From: Chitinophaga pinensis
Lineage (GTDB): Bacteria; Bacteroidota; Bacteroidia; 2-12-FULL-35-15
DNA length: 64,000 nucleotides
Reading direction: 5' to 3'
Assembly (NCBI GenBank): GCA_945879015.1
Contig: CAMCUO010000005.1
Span: forward strand, 1,306-65,305
This document shows, piece after piece, positions 52,936-61,040 of this stretch (within the stretch, counting starts at the first letter, position 1; every line of letters starts with the position of its first letter). The notes below the pieces were generated by a model. That model was not told the DNA's origin and did no database searches. It saw only the letters and a program-made list of their open reading frames with translations. A program made the translations under genes and the position numbers.

Positions 52936-54072
52936 ATGAAGTATACAGCAAAAACTCCCGCAATTTTATTACTTGAAGATGGTAAAGTATTTCACGGAAA
53001 AGCTGCCGGAAAGATTGGTATAGCTACTGGTGAAATATGCTTCAATACTGGGATGACCGGATACCAGGAAATATTTACAGATCCTTCTTATTTCGGACAA
53101 ATCATTGTAGCAACCAATGTACACATTGGAAATTACGGGGTAAATAAAGATGAAGTGGAATCAGACTCTATTAAAATTGCTGGTTTAGTTTGTAAACAGT
53201 TCAATGAGTTTCATTCCCGTAAACGTTCTGATGGCTCTTTAAAGGATTATTTTGTAGATGGAAACATTGTTGCCATTTCAGATGTAGATACACGCGCAAT
53301 CGTTCGTTATATTCGTGATAAAGGCGCTATGAATTGTATCATTTCCTCAGAAACGCAAGACATATCAGTTCTTAAAGAAAAACTTTCAAAAGTGCCTTCT
53401 ATGGCTGGCTTAGAGCTTTCCTCAAAAGTAAGCACCACTAAACCTTATTTTGTTGGAGATCCTAATGCTGATTATAAAGTTGCAGTAACAGATTATGGTG
53501 TAAAGAAAAACATCTTGCGTTCATTGGTTGAGCGTGGTTGTTATTTGCAAGTATTTCCTATGAAAACTTCTTTCGAAGAAATGAAAAAATGGAATCCTGA
53601 TGGATTTATGATTTCAAACGGACCCGGTGATCCATCTGTTATGAATGAAGAGATTGTAACAATTAAAACAATTATAAATTCGGGTATTCCAACATTCGGA
53701 ATTTGTTTGGGACATCAATTGATTGCTGAAGCTTCAGGAATTTCAACATTTAAAATGCATAAAGGACACAGAGGAATTAATCATCCTGTAAAAAATATTC
53801 TTACTGGTAAAAGTGAAATTACTTCGCAAAACCATGGATTTGGTGTAAAGGCAGAAGATGTTGCCAAAGTGAAAAATATGGAAGTAACACACATCAACTT
53901 AAATGATAATACTATTGAAGGATTACGTTATACTGATAGAAATGTTTTCTCTGTTCAATATCACCCGGAAGCTTGTCCAGGTCCATACGATGCCCGCTAT
54001 TTATTTGATGATTTTATTACTATGATTTCATCAGTAAAAAAGAAAGAAAAGAAAACGGCTGTTCCAGCTTAA
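52936..54072 (+). CDS. carA: Carbamoyl-phosphate synthase small (glutamine amidotransferase) subunit.
   Basis: GICLGHQLIAEASG active-site Cys; 378 aa. Confidence 0.9.
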   Translation: MKYTAKTPAILLLEDGKVFHGKAAGKIGIATGEICFNTGMTGYQEIFTDPSYFGQIIVATNVHIGNYGVNKDEVESDSIKIAGLVCKQFNEFHSRKRSDGSLKDYFVDGNIVAISDVDTRAIVRYIRDKGAMNCIISSETQDISVLKEKLSKVPSMAGLELSSKVSTTKPYFVGDPNADYKVAVTDYGVKKNILRSLVERGCYLQVFPMKTSFEEMKKWNPDGFMISNGPGDPSVMNEEIVTIKTIINSGIPTFGICLGHQLIAEASGISTFKMHKGHRGINHPVKNILTGKSEITSQNHGFGVKAEDVAKVKNMEVTHINLNDNTIEGLRYTDRNVFSVQYHPEACPGPYDARYLFDDFITMISSVKKKEKKTAVPA

Positions 54073-54088
54073 GAGCTTTTGTATTTAG

Positions 54089-54850
54089 TTATATTTTTAT
54101 TCCTGTCCTTACAGTATAATCTATTCTGTTTAAAAGAATTTTTTCTGGAGATACTTCAAAGTATTCATCTACTGCTTTCCTCGCACCTTCCCAATGGCCA
54201 TAGTCATCAATTATAAGAACGCCTTTTTTTACAAGTAGTGGGAATAAATGCAATAATTCGTGTTTTGTTGATTCATACCAATCAGTATCAAGTCGTAAAA
54301 TACTTATACTGGTAGGCAAAACAAAAGGGATTGTATCTTCCACTTTTCCTTTAGTAAAAATAATTTTTTCAGAATTATATCCAGTAGAAAGCATGTTTTT
54401 TTTGACCTCATCAAGCGGACCATAACACCATATTATATCCTTTTCTTTTTCCGTTTTATTCAAAAGCTTTTTTGCAGAATTGCCACCAAAATCGACATCT
54501 TTTTCTGTGGGTTCTGACATGCCTTCAAAAGTATCATAGAGGTATATTTTTCTAGATGTGTCTTTAAAATGGATTAAAGTCAATGCCATCATCATTGCGC
54601 TGCCACCTTTGTAAACGCCACATTCTACAAAATCACCGGGTATTTTATTTTTAACAATGTATTCTACACTTTTAAATAATGAATACATGGGCTCAACTGA
54701 ACAAGTGGAAAACTGTTTGCATTTGTTGTAAATGGCTTCAAAATCAGGCTCCGTCATATCAATCGGAATCCCTGATTTGTTTATTGTGGAATCAGTTTTT
54801 TTGATTTCATAGCCAATATTTCGAAGAGTTTTTTTTATAAAATGTTTCAT
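54089..54850 (-). CDS. Class I SAM-dependent O-methyltransferase, TylF/MycF (macrocin-OMT) family.
   Basis: VECGVYKGGSAMMMALTL...YLYDTFEGMSEPTEKD. Confidence 0.7.
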   Translation of the reverse strand: MKHFIKKTLRNIGYEIKKTDSTINKSGIPIDMTEPDFEAIYNKCKQFSTCSVEPMYSLFKSVEYIVKNKIPGDFVECGVYKGGSAMMMALTLIHFKDTSRKIYLYDTFEGMSEPTEKDVDFGGNSAKKLLNKTEKEKDIIWCYGPLDEVKKNMLSTGYNSEKIIFTKGKVEDTIPFVLPTSISILRLDTDWYESTKHELLHLFPLLVKKGVLIIDDYGHWEGARKAVDEYFEVSPEKILLNRIDYTVRTGIKI

Positions 54851-54954
54851 GCTTGCTTCTAATTATGGTGAACAGCTTCCATAATGCTATTTCAATGGCA
54901 ATTTATGTCGCCTTTTCGAGTATGATCTCTTGACGATATTGTTAACTATTACTA

Positions 54955-55104
54955 GTGACCTCGAAGGGAGTCGAATGGCGAGACTTTGCTCGCCACCGGG
55001 AGCAGTGCCTCGTGGCCCATAACCTTCGGTACCGGAAACCGACACTCTATCCAGTTGAGTGGCGAGGCTTAGCTCGTCATCGCGAGCTACGCCTCGCCAC
55101 TACA
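54955..55104 (-). repeat. Decayed tRNA-Arg-derived copy interrupted by two roughly 41 bp nested-palindrome insertions.
   Basis: Shares gtgacctcgaagggagtcgaa and aaccttcggtaccggaaaccgacactctatccagttgag with the intact tRNA. Insertions: tggcgagactttgctcgcca... and tggcgaggcttagctcgtcatcgcgagctacgcctcgcca. Confidence 0.5.
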
Positions 55105-55112
55105 TAATAATT

Positions 55113-55188
55113 TGTGACCTCGAAGGGAGTCGAACCCCCAACCTTCGGTACCGGAAACCGACACTCTATCCAGTTGAGCTACGAAGCC
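55113..55188 (-). tRNA. tRNA-Arg (anticodon CCG).
   Basis: Reverse complement GGCTTCGTAGCTCAACTGGATAGAGTGTCGGTTTCCGGTACCGAAGGTTGGGGGTTCGACTCCCTTCGAGGTCACA folds as a cloverleaf. Anticodon loop TTCCGGT; T-loop TTCGACT; several G-U pairs in the acceptor and T stems; no encoded CCA. Confidence 0.6.
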
Positions 55189-55203
55189 AAATTTGTTTTT
55201 TAC

Positions 55204-55265
55204 TCAGTTGAGTGGCGAGGTTTCACTCGCCATCGCGAGTTTTTTGCCTCGCGACTACGAAGCCA
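55204..55265 (-). repeat. tRNA 5'-half fragment carrying the same palindromic insertion.
   Basis: cagttgag + tggcgaggtttcactcgccatcgcgagttttttgcctcgcgac + tacgaagcca. Confidence 0.45.
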
Positions 55266-55292
55266 TATTTGTTGCAAAGGTAAATTATCTAA

Positions 55293-55553
55293 TTATACTT
55301 TATCGAAATATTTAGTAATGAGTTTATGAAGGTTTTCTGTATTTAAATTTTTCAATTTTTTCTCTAAAATCATCGCATCTGAGCGGCTTTGTTTTTCAAA
55401 ATATCCTATTAATTCCCAAGGAATATATGGTTTTGTAGATTTTTCAATCCCTGAATTGTGCCTATTTAATCTATCTTTAATACTGTTTTTTTGCCCAATA
55501 TAAAAGCGATTGTGACTTTTTGAATGTAAAATATATACGTAAAATTCTACCAT
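55293..55553 (-). CDS. Small GIY-YIG nuclease-domain protein.
   Basis: FYVYILHSKSHNRFYIGQKNSIKDRLNRHNSG is the canonical GIY...YIG...R...N motif. 86 aa; embedded among tRNA-derived repeats. Confidence 0.8.
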   Translation of the reverse strand: MVEFYVYILHSKSHNRFYIGQKNSIKDRLNRHNSGIEKSTKPYIPWELIGYFEKQSRSDAMILEKKLKNLNTENLHKLITKYFDKV

Positions 55554-55564
55554 AATTTATTGCC

Positions 55565-55652
55565 AAACCTTCGGTACCGGAAACCGACACTCTATCCAGT
55601 TGAGTGGCGAGGCTTTGCTCGCCATCGCGAGCTACGCCTCGCGACTACGGAA
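55565..55652 (-). repeat. tRNA-Arg fragment (D and anticodon arms) with a palindromic insertion, third copy.
   Basis: aaccttcggtaccggaaaccgacactctatccagttgag + tggcgaggctttgctcgccatcgcgagctacgcctcgcgac + tacggaacca. Confidence 0.45.
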
Positions 55653-55760
55653 CCATTATGTTGTAAAGATATTAACTATTTCCCTATGTTTTTATTAGAA
55701 GCAATACAATAAAATCAGTACTTTTATGTTTATATAATGCACTAATTGTGTTTATCTATA

Positions 55761-58109
55761 ATGAAAAAAATAAGTTTACTATTCTCTTTCCTAATACTCG
55801 TTTCTATTCTTTCAGCTCAGCAAATTCCTATTGGTGCGTGGCAAGAACATCTTTCCTATAAGAATGCCATTTCTGTAGCGGAAGGTAATGGATTAGTATA
55901 TTGTTTAACGACCAGCGGTATTTTCAATTTTAAAAAATCTGATAACTCTATGACTCGTTTATCTAAAGTAAACGGATTGTCGGACATAGAAGGTGTGGTA
56001 GTTAATTATAATCCCTATAACAACAAGTTTTTAATTGCCTATAAAAATTCTAACATAGATATTATTGAGACTGGACAGATTATTAATATTTCTGACATTA
56101 AAAGTAAATCAATTATTGGTAACAAATCCATTAATAATATTTATTTTATCAATCAATTTGCTTACTTATCCTGTGGTTTTGGAATTGTTGTTTTAGATAC
56201 CGAAAGAAACGAAATAAAAGATACCTATTATATTGGTCCATTAGGAGGAGCAATTAATGTTATGGACCTTACTTCTGATGGAACTTATTTTTATGCTGCA
56301 ACCGAAACATGTATTTATAAAGCTTTGGTTAGCAATCCTAATTTATCAAATTACACATCCTGGACAAACATAAATAATGTTGCTACAGGACTTGATTTGC
56401 CAATAGGAATGTTTAATTCAGTTACATCTTTTTATGGAAATATTTACGCAAATTTTTCAAAAAATAGTATGACAGGTGCTTACGGAGAAGATTCTTTATT
56501 TGTTTTTGATGGCACTAATTGGACGCATTTTATTCCACCGGGTTTTCCAATATCAGGAAGTGGCTATGTTTGTCATTCGATAAAAATAAATAATAATCAG
56601 TTGGTTTTAGTTTTGGATGGTTCTGTTCTGACCTATAATTCAACATTAGGTGGAACAGGTTATTATTCAGGATATTTAGGAGATATTACAAGAGCAAAAG
56701 CAGCTGTGCTGGATGCTGCAGGTTCCATTTGGTTTGCTGATAGTAAATTTGGGCTGGCTTCATGGCGGCCAAGCATTGGCTATCAATATCGTTATCCAAA
56801 TGGACCTAGCAGCGAAAGTGTATTAAATATGTGTCTGGAAAAAAATCAGTTATACGTTGCTCCGGGTGGATATGCAAAATATAAAATTGATGGAATATAT
56901 CAATTTAAAGAAGAGCAATGGTATAATATAAGATCAACCTCCACAGCCGTTTCTATGGATTCAATTCAGGATATTATGAATGTTTTAGTAGATCCCAATG
57001 ATCCCAAAAAATTATATGCTACTAGTTGGAATTTTGGTATGTTGGAATTGTATGATGGTCAGCCAGTGAAATTATATAATACTACCAATAGTACTTTGTC
57101 TGATATAGATGCCCCAGGTTATAATATTTGGACCTATGGTTTAGCCGTTGATGAAGGTGGAAATTTGTGGGTAAGTAATTCAGGTGTTAGCAGTTCTCTT
57201 TGTTATAAAAATACTAGTGGCGTTTGGGGAGCATTAGATTTTGAATCAATTATCAATAAGGCAAATGTCGAACAGATACTTATTGATAAACAGGATCAAA
57301 AATGGGTAGTTATTTCTAATAGTGGTGGAGGAATTTTGGTGTATAAAGGAAATACGACTGATCCTCCTGCATTAGGTTCTAATGCTAAAAAATTAACTAC
57401 AGCAGCTGGCAATGGTGGTTTACCAAGCAATGTTGTTTATTGTTTAGCAGAAGATTTAGATGATGAAATTTGGGTAGGCACTGATAAAGGAATTGCTGTT
57501 TTTTATTCGCCAGAAAATGTATTCTCAGGTTCAAATTTTGATGCTCAACAAATTTTGTTGGAACAGGATGGTCAAGTGCAAATATTACTTGAAACAGAAA
57601 ACGTTCTTTCGATTGCTGTTGATGATGCAAATCGTAAATGGATCGGAACTACTAATTCTGGCGTGTATTTAATGTCAGCAGATGGAACAACTCAAATTCA
57701 TCATTTTGATATTTCTAACAGTCCGCTATTCAGCAATACTGTAAAAAGCATAACTATTAATCACGAAACGGGTGAAGTATATTTTGGAACAAATAAAGGA
57801 ATTATTTCTTATAGAGGAACTTCAATAGAGGCATTAGAGAGCTTTACAGATGTTTATGCTTTTCCTAATCCTGTTAAACACGATTATGAAGGGCCAATTG
57901 CAATAAAAGGATTAATGAATAATTCTACTTTAAAAATCACTGACATTAGTGGTGCTTTGGTTTATGAAATGAAATCGGAAGGCGGACAAGCCATTTGGTA
58001 TGGCAAAAATTTCAAAGATGAACGAGTAAGTTCAGGGGTTTACATGGTTTTTTGCACAAGTGAAGATGGAGCTAAAAAAACGGTCACCAAAATATTGGTA
58101 ATAAATTAA
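55761..58109 (+). CDS. T9SS C-terminal-domain protein with two-component-regulator-type beta-propeller repeats (PorZ-like).
   Basis: Signal peptide MKKISLLFSFLILVSILSAQ; about 780 aa. C-terminal CTD: FPNPVKHDYEGPIAIKGL...GVYMVFCTSEDGAKKTVTKILVIN. Confidence 0.55.
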   Translation: MKKISLLFSFLILVSILSAQQIPIGAWQEHLSYKNAISVAEGNGLVYCLTTSGIFNFKKSDNSMTRLSKVNGLSDIEGVVVNYNPYNNKFLIAYKNSNIDIIETGQIINISDIKSKSIIGNKSINNIYFINQFAYLSCGFGIVVLDTERNEIKDTYYIGPLGGAINVMDLTSDGTYFYAATETCIYKALVSNPNLSNYTSWTNINNVATGLDLPIGMFNSVTSFYGNIYANFSKNSMTGAYGEDSLFVFDGTNWTHFIPPGFPISGSGYVCHSIKINNNQLVLVLDGSVLTYNSTLGGTGYYSGYLGDITRAKAAVLDAAGSIWFADSKFGLASWRPSIGYQYRYPNGPSSESVLNMCLEKNQLYVAPGGYAKYKIDGIYQFKEEQWYNIRSTSTAVSMDSIQDIMNVLVDPNDPKKLYATSWNFGMLELYDGQPVKLYNTTNSTLSDIDAPGYNIWTYGLAVDEGGNLWVSNSGVSSSLCYKNTSGVWGALDFESIINKANVEQILIDKQDQKWVVISNSGGGILVYKGNTTDPPALGSNAKKLTTAAGNGGLPSNVVYCLAEDLDDEIWVGTDKGIAVFYSPENVFSGSNFDAQQILLEQDGQVQILLETENVLSIAVDDANRKWIGTTNSGVYLMSADGTTQIHHFDISNSPLFSNTVKSITINHETGEVYFGTNKGIISYRGTSIEALESFTDVYAFPNPVKHDYEGPIAIKGLMNNSTLKITDISGALVYEMKSEGGQAIWYGKNFKDERVSSGVYMVFCTSEDGAKKTVTKILVIN

Positions 58110-58139
58110 TTTTTTAAAGAGCTCCATTGTTGTTAAAAT

Positions 58140-58865
58140 ATGCTTCACAAAACAGGTGGTATAATACTTCAAACAACAAATTACTCCGATACTAGTTTAA
58201 TTGCTAAAATTTACACCGAGCGATTTGGCTTGCAATCCTACATGATTTCAGGTGCTAGAAGCAAAAAGTCAAAAACAAAAGCTTCATTGTTTCGGCCCAT
58301 GGCTATTGTAGATATTGAAGTTTCCAATTCTACTAAATCAAATTTACATCGCATTTCCGAAATTTCTATTCAACATCCCTATTCTGATATTCCATACAAT
58401 ATTGTAAAAAGCTCAATTGCAATTTTTTTAAATGAAGTATTATTCCGGTCTTTAAAAGAAGAACATCCGGATGAGGATTTGTTTTCATTTATAAAAAATT
58501 CATTATTGATTTTGGACATTAAAAATGAAAGTTGTTCAAGCTTTCATCTTTGTTTTTTAGTTCAAATAAGTAAATTTTTTGGTTTCTATCCTCAAGGAAG
58601 TTTTTCTGAAAGTAATTCTTATTTTGATTTGTGTAATGGTAAATTCACTTCTCAAATTCCTAGCCACAACAATTATTTAAATCCAAGCTTAGCTCTTTTA
58701 TTAGATAAAATTATGCAAGCTAAATTTGAGAATATTCATGAAATAAAAATAGATTCAATTCATAGGAAAACAGTACTATATTCTCTCGTTTTTTTCTTCC
58801 AATTTCACATTCCATCCTTCGGAGAAATCAAGTCCATGGCTGTTTTGGAGGAGGTAATCAGTTAA
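58140..58865 (+). CDS. recO: DNA repair protein RecO.
   Basis: MLHKTGGIILQTTNYSDTSLIAKIYTERFG. 241 aa. Confidence 0.8.
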   Translation: MLHKTGGIILQTTNYSDTSLIAKIYTERFGLQSYMISGARSKKSKTKASLFRPMAIVDIEVSNSTKSNLHRISEISIQHPYSDIPYNIVKSSIAIFLNEVLFRSLKEEHPDEDLFSFIKNSLLILDIKNESCSSFHLCFLVQISKFFGFYPQGSFSESNSYFDLCNGKFTSQIPSHNNYLNPSLALLLDKIMQAKFENIHEIKIDSIHRKTVLYSLVFFFQFHIPSFGEIKSMAVLEEVIS

Positions 58866-58927
58866 ATTTGGATTTTAATCGAAATTTTTGTATGTTTGAA
58901 TATTATAAACCCTTAAACCCTAATCAT

Positions 58928-59542
58928 ATGAAAAAAATTTACTCTTTAATTATTGCCATATCAATTACCCTTTTTAGCATAAACGCATCAGCAGTTACTA
59001 TCGTAGTTATGGTTGGACAAAATGCTAGCGGTGTTGCGGCCAATGAATACAATCCAGCAACTTATACAGCTAATGTTGGTGATGTAGTTGCATTTACTTG
59101 GTTTAGTGGTATGCATAATGTAACGAATGGTTCAGTTCCTGCTGGGGCTGCAACATTTGCATCTGGAACAATGAGTAGTACTGGTGTTTACAATTACACT
59201 GTTACTGTGTCTGGTTCTTATGGTTATTTTTGTTCTTTTCATGCTTCTACAATGTTTGGTGGATTTAGTGCAACAGTAACTGGTATTGCTAATCCAACAG
59301 TTGATTTATTGACAAGTGCTTATCCAAATCCTTTCAAGGATAAATTTACACTTAAGTATGGTGCAGTTGAGTCTATTGATTTGTTTAACATTATTGGTGA
59401 AAAAGTAAAAACTTTTGAATTGCCGAAAAATGAAACAAAAACAGAAATTGACCTTACTGATTTAAATACTGGTGTTTATTTCATCCGTACTTACCATGAA
59501 GGAGTTATTGTTGAAACTAAAAAGATTGTAAAAACTAAATAA
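58928..59542 (+). CDS. Cupredoxin (type-1 blue copper, plastocyanin/azurin-like) with a T9SS C-terminal sorting domain.
   Basis: Signal peptide MKKIYSLIIAISITLFSINASA. Ligand set: H in GMHNVTNG, then C-x2-H-x4-M in YGYFCSFHASTMFGG. CTD: AYPNPFKDKFTLKY...GVYFIRTY. Confidence 0.65.
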   Translation: MKKIYSLIIAISITLFSINASAVTIVVMVGQNASGVAANEYNPATYTANVGDVVAFTWFSGMHNVTNGSVPAGAATFASGTMSSTGVYNYTVTVSGSYGYFCSFHASTMFGGFSATVTGIANPTVDLLTSAYPNPFKDKFTLKYGAVESIDLFNIIGEKVKTFELPKNETKTEIDLTDLNTGVYFIRTYHEGVIVETKKIVKTK

Positions 59543-59627
59543 TCTTTTTTTTGATTTTTTTGAAATCGCCAAGAGTAATTCTCTTGGCGATTTTATTTTT
59601 TGTATCTTTATAATAAACATATCTAAA

Positions 59628-60011
59628 ATGAAATCTATTCTTATTTTTTGTTTCTTTTTTATAGCATCAAGCATTGTTTCTGCTCAAGCAGATAAACAAA
59701 ACATAAAAGTGGTTACTAATACCGAACCTTCTTTCCCGAAAGGTGACAATGCTTTGTTTACATATGTTTATATGAATTTAAAGTATTCTGAAGAGTCGAA
59801 AAAAAAATATATTGAGGGTGAAGTTACACTTAGCTTTGACGTGAAGCCTGATAGTACTGTTACAAATGTATCCGTAATAAGTGGTGTTGGATATGGAGTG
59901 GATGAAGAAGTAAAAAAGTTAATTCAATCATTGAAATTTAGTCCCGGTGTTCAAAATGGAACAGTTATTAAAATGAATACGATGTATACATTCCCTGTAA
60001 AAGCTCATTAG
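59628..60011 (+). CDS. Periplasmic TonB C-terminal-domain protein.
   Basis: Signal peptide; EPSFPKGDNALFTYVYMNLKYSEESKKKYIEGEVTLSFDVKPDSTVTNVSVISG (TonB_C-like fold). Confidence 0.55.
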   Translation: MKSILIFCFFFIASSIVSAQADKQNIKVVTNTEPSFPKGDNALFTYVYMNLKYSEESKKKYIEGEVTLSFDVKPDSTVTNVSVISGVGYGVDEEVKKLIQSLKFSPGVQNGTVIKMNTMYTFPVKAH

Positions 60012-60015
60012 AGGC

Positions 60016-61038
60016 ATGAAAATACGCATTCTAATATCGTTTTTAATAATATCTACTGGGATTTATGCTCAACGTAAAAGTCGCAGAAACGATACGTTGC
60101 GTATCTTCAATAAAATTGATACTACTTATATTGAAGATTATCACGATATGTTTACGCTCAGAACCATTGCAGTTGTTCGCTACAATAATTTTACGTTAAC
60201 TGATAATGTTTCTGGTGCCAAAATGCAATATGGTATAAACGATAATCTTAGCATGGGTTTGGGGTTAAGTTTTAAATCAATAGGAGTTGAGTATCAGCAA
60301 AAAATTTATGGTAACTCTATTCAATATTCTTTAGCAACAGGAGGGAACTCAAGGCGTTTTATTTATGATGTTTATTATAGATATACAAAAGGGTTTCGTT
60401 CTCGTGATAGATATTTAACAGGTGATACATTATTAGGTAAGCCTTTGTGGGATTATCTTTACAGACCAGATATTACGAATTACAATGCGGGCTTTAATTT
60501 TTTATATGTCTTTAATAACAAAAAATTTTCAAGTGCGGCTCCATATAGTTTTACACAACGCCAAAAAAAGAATGCGGGTTCTTTGTTGTTAGGAACATAT
60601 GCATTGTTGTATGGACTTACTGCCGATACGGTTATGTTTCCAGATTCATTAAGAAATTCGTTTCAGCCTGAATTACAATTTAAAAATGCGTCCTCTTATA
60701 CGTGGGGCATCTCATGTGGTTATACATACACTGTAACCATTGGTAAATATTGGTATTTGAATATGTCAACTGTGCCAGGTATTTCTTTTCAAGGTTTTTA
60801 TTCCACCAATGCTTTCGATCAAATTTCTTACCAAAATGGATCACTTGGCCTAACATTGCAATCAAAATTTTCAATTGGGTTTAATAAAAAGTTAAATTAT
60901 TTAGGGCTTTGTTATGCTGCAAATAATTATTTGATAAATAATGATTCTCGGTCTTCATTAAATTATAAATTCAGTTCTATAAGAATATATTACGGCCACC
61001 GTTTTGATATAAGAAGTTTTCTTAAAAAGAGATTGTAA
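60016..61038 (+). CDS. Hypothetical outer-membrane (beta-barrel-like) protein.
   Basis: Signal peptide; 340 aa; Tyr/Gly-rich amphipathic strands; C-terminal aromatic. Confidence 0.4.
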   Translation: MKIRILISFLIISTGIYAQRKSRRNDTLRIFNKIDTTYIEDYHDMFTLRTIAVVRYNNFTLTDNVSGAKMQYGINDNLSMGLGLSFKSIGVEYQQKIYGNSIQYSLATGGNSRRFIYDVYYRYTKGFRSRDRYLTGDTLLGKPLWDYLYRPDITNYNAGFNFLYVFNNKKFSSAAPYSFTQRQKKNAGSLLLGTYALLYGLTADTVMFPDSLRNSFQPELQFKNASSYTWGISCGYTYTVTIGKYWYLNMSTVPGISFQGFYSTNAFDQISYQNGSLGLTLQSKFSIGFNKKLNYLGLCYAANNYLINNDSRSSLNYKFSSIRIYYGHRFDIRSFLKKRL

Positions 61039-61040
61039 TT

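Noticed and set aside
55114-55329. 71-aa plus-strand ORF (MTSKGVEPPTFGTGNRHSIQLSYEAK...)
   Set aside because: It lies across the minus-strand tRNA-Arg and its decayed copies. Its sequence is a read-through of tRNA and palindromic repeat DNA, so it is not a gene.
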